This document shows, piece by piece, positions 30,022-40,452 of a stretch of DNA of 64,000 nt. Where the stretch lies: contig CAWGSI010000005.1 in NCBI GenBank assembly GCA_963825265.1, positions 347,556 to 411,555 on the forward strand. Direction: 5' to 3'. The position numbers and the translations under genes were made by a program. Within the stretch, counting starts at the first letter, position 1; each line of letters opens with the position of its first letter. A model generated the notes under the pieces. It saw only the letters and a program-made list of their open reading frames with translations, was not told the DNA's origin and did not search any database. This DNA is from an uncultured Alphaproteobacteria bacterium (GTDB taxonomy: Bacteria; Pseudomonadota; Alphaproteobacteria; Rhizobiales; Xanthobacteraceae).

Positions 30022-31488
30022 GTGGACATCATTCGCACCCCTTCCGAAACCCGTTCGGGCAAAATGGCGCCGCTGGCGCGGCTGCCGGTGTTTCTTGCGC
30101 TCGAGGGAAAACGCGCGGTCATTGCCGGCGGCAGCGCCGCGGCGGCCTGGAAGGCGGAGCTGCTGTCGGCCGCGGGCGCGCGGGTGGAGGTCTACGCCGA
30201 GACGCCGTCCGACGAGCTGTTGCAGATAGCCGGCGATCCGCCGCGCGGCCAAATCGTTGTGACCCGGCGCGCCTGGGCCGCGGCCGACTTGCGCGGCGCG
30301 GCGGTCGCCATCGGCGCCTTCGAGGATGACGAAAGCGCCGCCGCTTTCGCTGCCGCGGCGCGCGCGGCCGGCGTTCCGGTCAATGTGATCGATCGACCGG
30401 CTTTCTGCGATTTCGCCTTCGGCGCCATCGTGAACCGTTCTCCCTTGGTCATCGGCATTTCCACCGACGGCGCGGCGCCGGTGTTCGCACAAGCCATCAG
30501 GGCCAAGCTCGAAGCGCTGCTGCCGAAAGGCTTTGCCGATTGGGCGGCTGCCGCCGCACGCTGGCGCGCGGCGGTGAAGACGTCGGGCCTGCCGTTTTCC
30601 GGCCGGCGCAAGTTCTGGCAACTATTCACGGCGCACGCGGTCAAGAATCCCGACAGCGAACCGACGCAGACCGATTTCGACCGCTTCGTCGCCGAGGTGC
30701 AAGAGCTCGGCGCGGCAATCGGCAACGGCTCGGTTACTCTGGTCGGCGCCGGCCCCGGCGATGCCGAATTGCTGACGCTGCGCGCCGTGCGGGCTTTGCA
30801 ATCGGCCGATGTGATCCTGTTCGACGATCTGGTGTCGCGCGACGTGCTCGACTTCGCGCGCCGCGAGGCGCGCAAGATGCTGGTCGGCAAGACCGGCTTC
30901 GGGCCGTCGTGCAAGCAAGAAGACATCAACGCGCTGATGGTGAGCCTCGCCCGCCAGGGCAAGCGTGTGGTGCGGCTTAAAGGCGGCGACCCGCTGATTT
31001 TCGGTCGTGCGGCCGAGGAGATCGCGGCCTGCGAGGCGGCGTCGATCGCGGTCGACGTGGTGCCCGGCATCACAGCGGCGCAGGGCGCGGCGGCCAAGCT
31101 CGGCCTACCGCTGACCGACCGCAAGCACGCGCGCCGGCTGCAATACGTCACCGGGCACGTACACAACGGCGCGCTGCCGGCTGATCTCGATTGGCAGAGC
31201 CTCGCCGACCCGGCGACCACCACGGCGATCTACATGCCGATCCGCACGCTCACCGCGCTGGTCGAGAAAGCCACCGCCGAAGGCCTCGATCCGCGCACGC
31301 CCGCCTTGGCGATTGCGCGCGCCACGCGGCCCGACCAGGCGGTGGTTTCGGCTCCGATCGGCGAACTGCCGGCGCGGCTGGCGCAGGCCGATTTGCCCGG
31401 TCCGGTGCTGGTGATGCTGGGACGCGTGTTCGGCGACGATGCGGGCGCGCAATCGCGCATCACGCGCGCGGATCAGAAAGCCGGCTGA
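30022..31488 (+). CDS. cysG: Siroheme synthase CysG
   Basis: LPVFLALEGKRAVIAGG, VNVIDRPAFCDF, VGAGPGDAELLTLRA, VVRLKGGDPLIFGR, VVPGITAA. Confidence 0.95.
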   Translation: MDIIRTPSETRSGKMAPLARLPVFLALEGKRAVIAGGSAAAAWKAELLSAAGARVEVYAETPSDELLQIAGDPPRGQIVVTRRAWAAADLRGAAVAIGAFEDDESAAAFAAAARAAGVPVNVIDRPAFCDFAFGAIVNRSPLVIGISTDGAAPVFAQAIRAKLEALLPKGFADWAAAAARWRAAVKTSGLPFSGRRKFWQLFTAHAVKNPDSEPTQTDFDRFVAEVQELGAAIGNGSVTLVGAGPGDAELLTLRAVRALQSADVILFDDLVSRDVLDFARREARKMLVGKTGFGPSCKQEDINALMVSLARQGKRVVRLKGGDPLIFGRAAEEIAACEAASIAVDVVPGITAAQGAAAKLGLPLTDRKHARRLQYVTGHVHNGALPADLDWQSLADPATTTAIYMPIRTLTALVEKATAEGLDPRTPALAIARATRPDQAVVSAPIGELPARLAQADLPGPVLVMLGRVFGDDAGAQSRITRADQKAG

Positions 31489-31491
31489 AAC

Positions 31492-32247
31492 TCAACGCAT
31501 ATTGTAACGGATCGGCACCGAGATCGCGATCTGCGCACCGGCAATCTCCGGCGGCGGCGGCGGCAGCGGTGCGGCGCGCTCGACCATCGCCAGTGTCGCC
31601 GCGTCGAGCAGGCTCGAGCCCGAGCTGTGGACAATGCGTGCGCCATGCACGCCGCCACTGCGGTCGATGCTGAAGGCGAGCTGCGCCACGCCTTGCTCGC
31701 CGCGCGATTGCGCCTCCGCCGGATAGCGTTTGGCGCGCTCGAGCCGCGCGACCAATGCCGATTTCCAGTTCGGCACGGCATTCGGATTATGCGATGCGGC
31801 GCCCGGCGCGGGCGCCGCCGCGCGCTCGGCCTTGTGCTCGGCTGTACTCGGCGCGCTGTTCACGCTGGGGTGCTTTTGCTTCGCCTTCTTTTCGATCTTT
31901 TTTTCGAGCAGCTTCGGTGGCGGCACCATCTCCATTTCAGCCTGCGGCGCGGTTGGTATCTCGACCTTCTCGACCGGCTTTGGCGGCTCGGGCTCCGGCT
32001 CGGCCTCTTTGCTCAGCACGGTGTCTGGCGGCACTTCCGTCGGCGTGATCTCGGGCGCGACCGGCAGCGGCGCCAGTTCGATCATGATCACCGGCGCGTT
32101 CGCCACCGCATTGGAGTCGTCGCTCCAACGCGCCAGCAATGCCGCCGCGCCGGCAACATGGAAACCCAACGCCAACGCAAAGCAGGCGCCCCAGCGTACA
32201 GCGTCGGGCCAGCGGCGCGGGTCGGCGGCTTCACGCGTTGCGTTCAT
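31492..32247 (-). CDS. tonB: TonB energy transducer
   Basis: N-terminal TM with His (LGFHVAG), Pro/Glu/Lys-rich linker, C-terminal RYPAEAQSRGEQG...SSGSSLLDAATL domain. Confidence 0.9.
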   Translation of the reverse strand: MNATREAADPRRWPDAVRWGACFALALGFHVAGAAALLARWSDDSNAVANAPVIMIELAPLPVAPEITPTEVPPDTVLSKEAEPEPEPPKPVEKVEIPTAPQAEMEMVPPPKLLEKKIEKKAKQKHPSVNSAPSTAEHKAERAAAPAPGAASHNPNAVPNWKSALVARLERAKRYPAEAQSRGEQGVAQLAFSIDRSGGVHGARIVHSSGSSLLDAATLAMVERAAPLPPPPPEIAGAQIAISVPIRYNMR

Positions 32248-32672
32248 TGCTGCAGCTTGTCCGCTTCGAGGCCTACCAGCGCGACGTGCAAATAGCCGGC
32301 GCTGCGCAACTCGTTCATCAGGTTCATCAGCTCGCCATAGGACACGGATTTGTCGGCGCGTAGGAATAGGCGCTGTTGTTTATCGCCGGCGGTGGCTTGG
32401 TCGAGCGCGGTAGCGAGCGCCGCTCGGCTCACCGTATCGTTGTCGAGCGTCAGGCTTAAGTCCGACTTGAGCGTCAGGAACAACGGCTTGTCGGGACGCG
32501 CACTGCGCTCGGCATTGGCGGCCGGCAGATTGACCGAAATATCCACGGTCGCGAGCGGCGCCGCGATCATGAAAATGATCAGCAGCACCAAGATAACGTC
32601 GATGAACGGCGTGACATTGATCTCGTGGATCTCGCTCAACGTTTCGTCGCCGTGGTCGAGGCGCACGCTCAT
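32244..32672 (-). CDS. exbD: ExbD
   Basis: EINVTPFIDVILVLLIIFMIAAPL; FLRADKSVSYG. Confidence 0.95.
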   Translation of the reverse strand: MSVRLDHGDETLSEIHEINVTPFIDVILVLLIIFMIAAPLATVDISVNLPAANAERSARPDKPLFLTLKSDLSLTLDNDTVSRAALATALDQATAGDKQQRLFLRADKSVSYGELMNLMNELRSAGYLHVALVGLEADKLQQ

Positions 32673-32678
32673 GATTAA

Positions 32679-33593
<915 letters not shown>

Positions 33594-33870
33594 ATGTGTT
33601 GACCCTTTCGGCCTTGCGCCGATAACGCTCCCGGATTCAGTCTCATATAGCAGGTGCCGATGGCTGAATCAGGGCCGTTGCGGCTAGAGCTTATGACCCG
33701 GCATCACCAACTAAACGCATTCGGAAATCGGAGTTTCCATCGCTTGGGCCGCCGCGCTGGCGGACGGCGAGGGCGAACGAGGCCTGCGCGGGCGGCCGCT
33801 AACGAATTTGTCGGGCGCCGCCGCCGCACCGGAGCGGACTGACGATCTGCCTGACCCATCGCCATTGTTC

Positions 33871-36075
33871 TTACAGCTTCTTCGACAGCCCGACGAAATA
33901 GCCGCGCCGCGGCCCGTATTGCGGCGCGAACACGCCGATGCCGCTGCCGTCACGGACCAGATAGACCGTGTCGAACACATTGACGATCGCCAAGCGCGCG
34001 GTGAATTTTCCGAAATTCGGCGTGTCGAATTCGTGCGAAACGCCGAGATTGACCTGCGTATAGGCCGGCACGTGGTCGGTGTTGAAATCGCCGCTGCGCA
34101 ATCCGTAGCCATAGATCATGTCGGCGCTGTAGCGCGTGCCGTTCCACAGATAGGACACGCCGCCCGAGCCTGTCATGATCTGCTCATGATCGGTGTTGAC
34201 CCAGTGGCTCCCGATATAGGCAAGTTCGTCGGCGCCGAATAGATACTGGTTCGACACGATGTTGGTCGCGAGCTGACGCGCCCAGGCGAAGTTGCCATAG
34301 GCCTTGAAGTTGCCGTTGGTGTAGGTCGCCGAGAGCTCGACGCCGTAATTAACGGCCCTCTCGTAGTTGAAGGCGTTGAGCACCAGCCCGGGACCGAAGG
34401 TGCCGTCGTCGAGCAGGTCCTTGGCGATCTTGTAGTAGCCGTCGACGCCGACCTGCAGCCCGGGCGCCAGCATCTGCACAACTCCGGCGTCGAAATAGTG
34501 CGAGCGCTCCGGCCGCGCCGGGCTCTGCTGCGTGGTGTCGGGCGGCGTGAATGTCGGAACGAAGGCGGCGGCATTAACTGGGCCGGACAGCGCCTGCGGC
34601 GGCGGCGTGAAATAGCGCGCATAGCCGGCGTGCAAGGTTGTGCCGGCGAAGGGCTTGTAAACTGCGTTGATGCGTGGGCTAAGCTGGTTGGCATCGACGT
34701 ATTGCCACATCTGGTCGAAGCGCAAGCCGGCATTGATCGTCAGCTTGTCGGTGATGCGCCATTCGTCCTGCACATACATTCCGGCGATCCAGCCGAGCTT
34801 GGCGGTCTCATCGGTGATGGTGTAGGGGGAATCCATCGGGTCACCGGCGCCGTTAACCGGAAGCACGGTGGAGATATTGCTGACATGGGTCTGCTCGCCG
34901 CTGAAAGTGAAGCCGGCGCGCAAAGTGTGGGCATCGTTAAGTCGATAAGAACCGTCGCCCTGGATGCCGCTGGCGAAGCTGCTGCGATAGACGTCGGAAG
35001 CCTGCCCGTTGAACAAAATGTCGCCGACGGTATCGGGGACGAAATGCAACGTGCTGTAGCGCGAGAACGAGGCGATTTGGTAGTCAAAACCGATGGCGGA
35101 TTTCTGCAATGCGAGCACGGCAAAGTCGTTCTGTTCGGTCTGGTGTTCGTTGAGATTGGCCGAATCAAAAGACGAGACGCCGAACGCCGAACTCGCACAG
35201 TGCGTGCCGGTGCTGTCACACGCGAAGGATTGCCCGGGATTGTTCGGTATCTGATAGTAGTTCGACGTATTGCCGAAAATCGTGCTGACGCGTGTGTGCG
35301 GGTCGAGCACCGTGGAGGTGTAGCTGAAGAAATTGCCCTGCCAGGTGCGGTCATGGATCGCACTCGCGCTCGGCGTCGGGTTCTCGATGCCGAGATTGCT
35401 GGTGAAGCCGCGGCTGCTGAAAAAATATTCGGTGTTGCCGGCGCGTCCGGCGTAATCGAAAGTCGGCGTCAGGGTCTGGTAGCTGCCGCCGTAGATGCCG
35501 ACCTGCCCGCCGGGCACCAGCGCACTGCCGCTTTTGGTCTGGATGTCGACGACGCCGGCGGTGCGCAGGCCGTATTGCGCCGGTAGCGCGCCGGTGATCA
35601 CCGCCAGGCTACCGACGAATCCGGTGTCGAGGACGTGGCCGAATCCGGAAATGCCATCCGGCAGCGTGATGCCGTTGATGCGGTACTGTACATTGCCATG
35701 CTCGTTGCGCACGTGCAGGTCGCCGGCGGCGGCGCTGTCCTGGGACACCCCCGGCGCCTGCATCAGCACCTTCTCGATCGGCGTATCGGTGCCTTGCGGC
35801 ATGGCCTCGATCGCCGCGCGGTTCATATCGAAGGAACTGGCGCCGAAGCGCGGCGACAGGTTGTCGCGCGCGACGTCGAACTGCGTGTTCTGGCTGGCGA
35901 GATCGTTTTTCGGCTGCACGGTCGGGGCCGCGGCCGGACGCGGCGGTGCAGGCCGTTGCGATTCGACGACGATTTCCGGTAGCACTTCTTGCGCCGGCGC
36001 CGTGCCCGCCAGCGCGCCCAGTACCATAAATGGCGAAACCGCCCGCAACAGGGCCTGACCAAATCTCAACGGCAT
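33871..36075 (-). CDS. TonB-dependent outer-membrane receptor, probably zinc-uptake (Zur box upstream)
   Basis: Signal peptide, TonB-box-like LPEIVVES, plug domain (APGVSQD..HVRNEHGNVQYRING), beta-barrel strands; gagagg RBS before the ATG at 36075. Confidence 0.9.
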   Translation of the reverse strand: MPLRFGQALLRAVSPFMVLGALAGTAPAQEVLPEIVVESQRPAPPRPAAAPTVQPKNDLASQNTQFDVARDNLSPRFGASSFDMNRAAIEAMPQGTDTPIEKVLMQAPGVSQDSAAAGDLHVRNEHGNVQYRINGITLPDGISGFGHVLDTGFVGSLAVITGALPAQYGLRTAGVVDIQTKSGSALVPGGQVGIYGGSYQTLTPTFDYAGRAGNTEYFFSSRGFTSNLGIENPTPSASAIHDRTWQGNFFSYTSTVLDPHTRVSTIFGNTSNYYQIPNNPGQSFACDSTGTHCASSAFGVSSFDSANLNEHQTEQNDFAVLALQKSAIGFDYQIASFSRYSTLHFVPDTVGDILFNGQASDVYRSSFASGIQGDGSYRLNDAHTLRAGFTFSGEQTHVSNISTVLPVNGAGDPMDSPYTITDETAKLGWIAGMYVQDEWRITDKLTINAGLRFDQMWQYVDANQLSPRINAVYKPFAGTTLHAGYARYFTPPPQALSGPVNAAAFVPTFTPPDTTQQSPARPERSHYFDAGVVQMLAPGLQVGVDGYYKIAKDLLDDGTFGPGLVLNAFNYERAVNYGVELSATYTNGNFKAYGNFAWARQLATNIVSNQYLFGADELAYIGSHWVNTDHEQIMTGSGGVSYLWNGTRYSADMIYGYGLRSGDFNTDHVPAYTQVNLGVSHEFDTPNFGKFTARLAIVNVFDTVYLVRDGSGIGVFAPQYGPRRGYFVGLSKKL

Positions 36076-36113
36076 TGGGCCTCTCAAACGCAAATCTGTG
36101 GCGTCGCCTGCAG

Positions 36114-36132
36114 AATGTTATACTATAACATT
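36114..36132. promoter_or_regulatory. Zur box (perfect 9-1-9 palindrome)
   Basis: AATGTTATA-C-TATAACATT matches the proteobacterial Zur consensus; lies between the divergent TBDR and DUF1993 genes. Confidence 0.85.
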
Positions 36133-36231
36133 ACATTCTACGGCCGAAGTCAAACGCCGATTGAACCGGCAGGGCTTTGCATGCATCGTCCGCGCCCCGG
36201 CCAATGCCGGCATCCTCAAGGACCCGTCCCC

Positions 36232-36759
36232 ATGCCATTTTCGATGTCTCAAGCGTCCCTGCCGGTCTTCGAGATCGGTCTCAATGCGCTTTCGGGCGTG
36301 CTCGACAAGGCCGCGGCTTTCGCGGCGGCAAAGAAGGTCGACGCGGCGGTGCTGCTCGGCTACCGGCTGGCGCCCGACATGTTCGCGCTCGCCCGCCAGG
36401 TGCAGACCGCCTGCGACCAAGCCAAGAACGGCGCGGCGCGTCTTGCCGGCACCGAGGCGCCGAAATTCGAGGACAACGAAACGAGCCTCGATCAACTCAA
36501 GGCGCGCATCGCCAAGACCGTGGCATTTCTCAAGACGCTCGATCGCAAGGCGATCGACGCCTCGGCCGACCGCGAGATCACCTTTCCGCTCGGGCCCAAC
36601 AAAGGCCAGATGATGGGCGGCGACTACCTCAATCATTTCGTATTGCCGAATTTCTATTTCCACCTCACCTCCGCCTACGCCATCGTGCGGCATTGCGGGG
36701 TGGAAGTGGGTAAGCGCGACTTCCTGGGCGCCATTCCGATCAAACGGACCCCCGCGTAA
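36232..36759 (+). CDS. DUF1993-family protein (DinB/YfiT-like helical fold)
   Basis: RLAPDMFALARQVQTACD, GAARLAG, DNETSLDQLKARIAKT, LPNFYFHLTSAYAIVRH. Confidence 0.85.
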   Translation: MPFSMSQASLPVFEIGLNALSGVLDKAAAFAAAKKVDAAVLLGYRLAPDMFALARQVQTACDQAKNGAARLAGTEAPKFEDNETSLDQLKARIAKTVAFLKTLDRKAIDASADREITFPLGPNKGQMMGGDYLNHFVLPNFYFHLTSAYAIVRHCGVEVGKRDFLGAIPIKRTPA

Positions 36760-36760
36760 T

Positions 36761-36794
36761 AAAAAACCGCCGCGCCGGTTCCCCGGCGCGGCGG
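36761..36794 (-). terminator. Intrinsic terminator between convergent genes
   Basis: 12-bp stem ccgccgcgccgg/ccggcgcggcgg, 4-nt loop, preceded by A6 (U-tract on the minus strand). Confidence 0.8.
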
Positions 36795-36812
36795 CTTCGA
36801 TTTGCCTGAACG

Positions 36813-37818
36813 CTATTTGAGACGCTTGGCCGCTTCCTTCACCAGGCTCAGATCGGCGTATTTCGTGATGTCGATCTTCTTCTTCACAAAGCCAAGGTCG
36901 CGGGTGGTGTCGACGTTGCGCTGCAGCGCCTCGAGGTTCGGCACCAGGTTCGGATCGCGATAGGTGTCGGCCTTGGTGAACAGCCAGCCGAACCGCTCCG
37001 GCGGCGCCTTGGTGATCTTGGATGCGATCTGCGCCACCTCGGCGTGGTTCTTCGGGTCGAGATACCAGTGCGCGACCCGCAGTAGGTCCTCCATGAAATC
37101 GACCATGGCGGCGCGGTTCTTGTCGATGAACGGTTTGCGCGCGACAAACATGATCATCTGCGTCACGCCGAGCGCGTCGCGCTGGTAGAACAATATCTTC
37201 CCTTCCGCGCGCAGCTTGGGATTGAGCGCGAAGGGCAGCACGGCGGGAATGAGGTCGACCTTCTTCTCCAACAGCATGGTCGGCATCGCCGGCAGCGGGC
37301 CCTCCAGCATGGTGTAGTCGCGCTTGTCCTCGAGGCCGTGCTTGCGCAGCATGGCGCGCGTGGCGACGTCGACGGCGGAGCCGGCACCATTGGTGCCGAT
37401 CACCTTGCCTTTCAGGTCCTCAACCTTGTTGATGCCTGAAATCCTTGCGGACGTAGTACTCCTCGCTGAAATAGCCCGGCACGCCGTCCTGGAATTCATC
37501 GGAGATCACGCGCAGGTCGTCGAGCCCCGCGTTCTCGATGGCGATAGCGAGCGAGGAATAAGCGAGGCTGGCGACTTCCAGCTCGTTATTGGCAATCGCC
37601 GTGATGGTCTGCGGCGTGCCTTGGTAGTGGATCGATTCGAGCGTGTAGGACTTGCCCATGTGCGTGAGCAGGTCTTTCTTCTCCAGGATGATCGAGCCCC
37701 AATTGGCCAGCGGCGCGACCCACGACATTCGGATTTTCACCGGTTCCGCGCGCGCCGAAGCGGCGGCGAACAGTGCGAGCGCGCAGGCGCCGGCCAGCGC
37801 GAATTTCAGCAATCGCAT
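36813..37818 (-). pseudogene. ABC substrate-binding protein (NMT1/TauA/SsuA-like) split by an apparent 1-nt insertion
   Basis: ORF 37420-37818 (signal peptide + N-half) and ORF 36813-37499 (C-half) join as RKD-SGINKVEDLKGK if one A of the AAA at 37439-37441 is removed. Confidence 0.85.
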
Positions 37819-37952
37819 GGTATCCTCCCAGTTTCGCCGGGCTTGCGCTTCGGTTTGGCAAGCTTCACGCCGCGAACTTTAAAGATTGTCGGGTGTCCAA
37901 CCGATTTTGGCAAGCCTCCCGGTTGCGGCGTTTTACCCGCTATGCGGTACAG

Positions 37953-38786
37953 CTACGCCGTGGTCGGCTCGTTCGCTTCCTGGTGCCAGATCAACAGTCG
38001 GCGGCGGATCAGCGCCATGGCCTTGACCAGGCAATAGCCGACCACCGCGATCTCGACGATGCCGGCGAACACGCCGGTCGAATTGGCAAAGCGCGAGGCC
38101 GTCATCATGGCGCCACCCAGGCCATAGCCGCCCATCAGCATCTCGGCTACCACGGCCACGATCAACGAAAGGGGAAGCGCAACCTGAAGTCCGGTCATGA
38201 TCTGCGGGCTGGCCGCCGGCAACACGATCTGCGTCAGCAGTTCGCGGTTATTGGCGCCCATGTTGCGCGCCGACCAGATCAGCTCGCGCTCGACGCCCTG
38301 GATGGCAATGACGGTGGCGGCAATCACAGGGAAGATCGCGTCGATGACGATGATGGTGATCTTCGACACGTCGTAGACGCCGAGCCACAGGATCACCACC
38401 GGCAGGAAGGCGATTTTCGGCATCGGGAAGCCGACCGAAATGATCGGATCGAAGAACCAGTTGGCGATCGCGTTGCGCGACATCGCCATGCCGATGAGCA
38501 CGCCGAACACCGCGCAAATGGCGAAGGCGGTGAGCGCGCGGTAGAGCGTCAGCGCGGTATTGATGGCGAGATCGCCCGACCGGCCGTCGCTCCAGATGCG
38601 CTCGACAACCTCGCTGAAAGCCGGCAACTGGAAGTGCGTGAAGGTGCCGCTGCGCGCCAGAAATTCCCAGGCCGCCAATAGCAGCACGATCGAGAAGACG
38701 CGGGTCAAGCCCCGATACAGCGCGTAGACAAGGCGCGCCGCCTTCTCGGGCAGCCCGTCAGGCATTTTGCCCGGCGTGGTTTGCAT
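37953..38786 (-). CDS. ABC permease (SsuC/TauC type)
   Basis: PMPKIAFLP, EAA-like loop ELIWSARNMGAN; TAATG overlap with the upstream permease. Confidence 0.9.
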   Translation of the reverse strand: MQTTPGKMPDGLPEKAARLVYALYRGLTRVFSIVLLLAAWEFLARSGTFTHFQLPAFSEVVERIWSDGRSGDLAINTALTLYRALTAFAICAVFGVLIGMAMSRNAIANWFFDPIISVGFPMPKIAFLPVVILWLGVYDVSKITIIVIDAIFPVIAATVIAIQGVERELIWSARNMGANNRELLTQIVLPAASPQIMTGLQVALPLSLIVAVVAEMLMGGYGLGGAMMTASRFANSTGVFAGIVEIAVVGYCLVKAMALIRRRLLIWHQEANEPTTA

Positions 38787-39541
38787 TACTCCCGCCATGC
38801 CAGCGTCCGTTTGGTGATGACGAGATAGACCCGGTCGGCGGCAAAGCCGAGGAAGGCGACGGTGAGCACCACCGCATACATCGCGTCATAGGAGCCGTTG
38901 GCGCCGAGATAGCCGATCAGATAGCCGAAGCCCTTCTGCGCGACGATCAATTCGGACGCCACCAGCAAGATGAAGGAGAGCGCCAGCGCGGTGCGGATGC
39001 CGTTGAGCAGTTCCGGCATGGCGCTCGGCAGCACGACGTCCCACAGCATGCGCAGTTTGCTCGCGCCCATGCTGCGCGCCGACCAGACCAGCACCTGTTC
39101 GCTCGAGCGCGCGCCGTTGAACGCGCCGATGGTGACCGGCAGCATGCAGCCGAGGAAGATCAGCAGGATCTTGGAGCTGTCGCCGTAGCCGAGCCAGATC
39201 ACGGTGACGGGGATCAGCGCCGATTTCGGCAGCGGATAGAACATCTCCACCAGCGGCGCGAGCAGCACGTTCACCGGCTTCGACCAGGCCATGACGATGC
39301 CGAGCGTGCCGCCGACGAGGACCGCGAGCGCCAGCCCTGCGCCGGCGCGGTAAAGCGAGGAAGCGCCGTTATTGACGAGATCGCCGTCCTTGATGAGTTC
39401 GATCCAGGCTTTGATGACGTCTGACAGCGGCGGCAGCGCGGTGGTCGATACCAATTCGAGGCGCGCCGCCAGTTCCCAGGCGATGGCGAGCAGCAGCAAC
39501 GGGAGGTAACGGATGAAATTTTTCCGGATCGAGGCCGTCAT
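38786..39541 (-). CDS. ABC permease (SsuC/TauC type)
   Basis: PLPKSALIP, LVWSARSMGAS, LPSAMPELLNGIR. Confidence 0.9.
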   Translation of the reverse strand: MTASIRKNFIRYLPLLLLAIAWELAARLELVSTTALPPLSDVIKAWIELIKDGDLVNNGASSLYRAGAGLALAVLVGGTLGIVMAWSKPVNVLLAPLVEMFYPLPKSALIPVTVIWLGYGDSSKILLIFLGCMLPVTIGAFNGARSSEQVLVWSARSMGASKLRMLWDVVLPSAMPELLNGIRTALALSFILLVASELIVAQKGFGYLIGYLGANGSYDAMYAVVLTVAFLGFAADRVYLVITKRTLAWRE

Positions 39542-40332
39542 GGCGCGCGCTTTCCCTGCGCCTTGATGGCTTCTTCCTTCACCAGGTTCCAGATTTCGTC
39601 CACTTTCTCGACGAACGGCTTGGCCTTGTGGATGTTGGGGTCGTTCTTGTCGAACTTGGTGTCGACGATGGTCTTGATGCGGCCGGGCCGCGCCGACATC
39701 ACCGCCACCCGGTCGGCGAGATAGACCGCCTCCTGCACGTCGTGGGTGACGAAAATCACGGTCTTGGGGGTGGCCTGCCAGATGCGCAGCAATTCGCTCT
39801 GCATCAGGCCGCGGGTCTGCGCGTCGAGCGCGCCGAACGGCTCGTCCATCAGCAGGATTTTCGGGTCGAACGCCAGCGTGCGCGCGATGGCGCAGCGCTG
39901 CCGCATGCCGCCGGAGAGCTGCGAGGGGTAGCTGTCCTCGAAACCGTGCAGGCCGACCAGCTCGATGAAATCGAGCGCGCGCTTTTCGCGCTCGTCCTTC
40001 GGCATGCCCTGCCGCTCCAGCCCGTAAAGGATGTTGCCGCGCACGGTTTTCCACGGAAATAGCGCGAAGTGCTGGAACACGATGCCGCGGTCGGGGCCGG
40101 GGCCGACGACCGCGTTGCCGTCGATCGCAATGGTGCCGGTCTCGACCGGCATAAAGCCGCCGATCAGGTAGAGCAGCGTCGACTTGCCGCAGCCGGACGG
40201 CCCGAGCAGGGCGACGAATTCGCGGTTGGCTACCGCAAGCGACACTTGGTCGAGCGCCAGCACCTCGCGGCCGCGCGCCGGGCGATAGAGGTGGCTGACA
40301 CCGTCGACGACAATCTGCGCTGAACCGGCCAT
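39538..40332 (-). CDS. ABC ATPase (SsuB/TauB type)
   Basis: GPSGCGKST, LSGGMRQR, LLMDEPFGALD, FVTHD. Confidence 0.95.
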   Translation of the reverse strand: MAGSAQIVVDGVSHLYRPARGREVLALDQVSLAVANREFVALLGPSGCGKSTLLYLIGGFMPVETGTIAIDGNAVVGPGPDRGIVFQHFALFPWKTVRGNILYGLERQGMPKDEREKRALDFIELVGLHGFEDSYPSQLSGGMRQRCAIARTLAFDPKILLMDEPFGALDAQTRGLMQSELLRIWQATPKTVIFVTHDVQEAVYLADRVAVMSARPGRIKTIVDTKFDKNDPNIHKAKPFVEKVDEIWNLVKEEAIKAQGKRAP

Positions 40333-40452
40333 AACGGCATGAAGCGTCCCTAACCGCCGCCGTCTGTCAAGCGCCGTCGGCGCTGTTTCGGGACCTTGCG
40401 CTGTCCTATAATGTGGGACATCCAACCATCCCCATTCTCAGAGGAAACCGCA

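Noticed and set aside
33594-36231. Cobalamin riboswitch or Fur/Irr control of the TonB system
   Set aside because: No B12-box or GGGAA/CCCGCAACTGT core seen; the palindrome present matches Zur.
37857-37872. Possible sigma54 promoter (CGGCGTGAAGCTTGCC, minus strand) for the split SBP
   Set aside because: Spacing is correct but the -24 element is weak and no enhancer is evident; not supportable without data.
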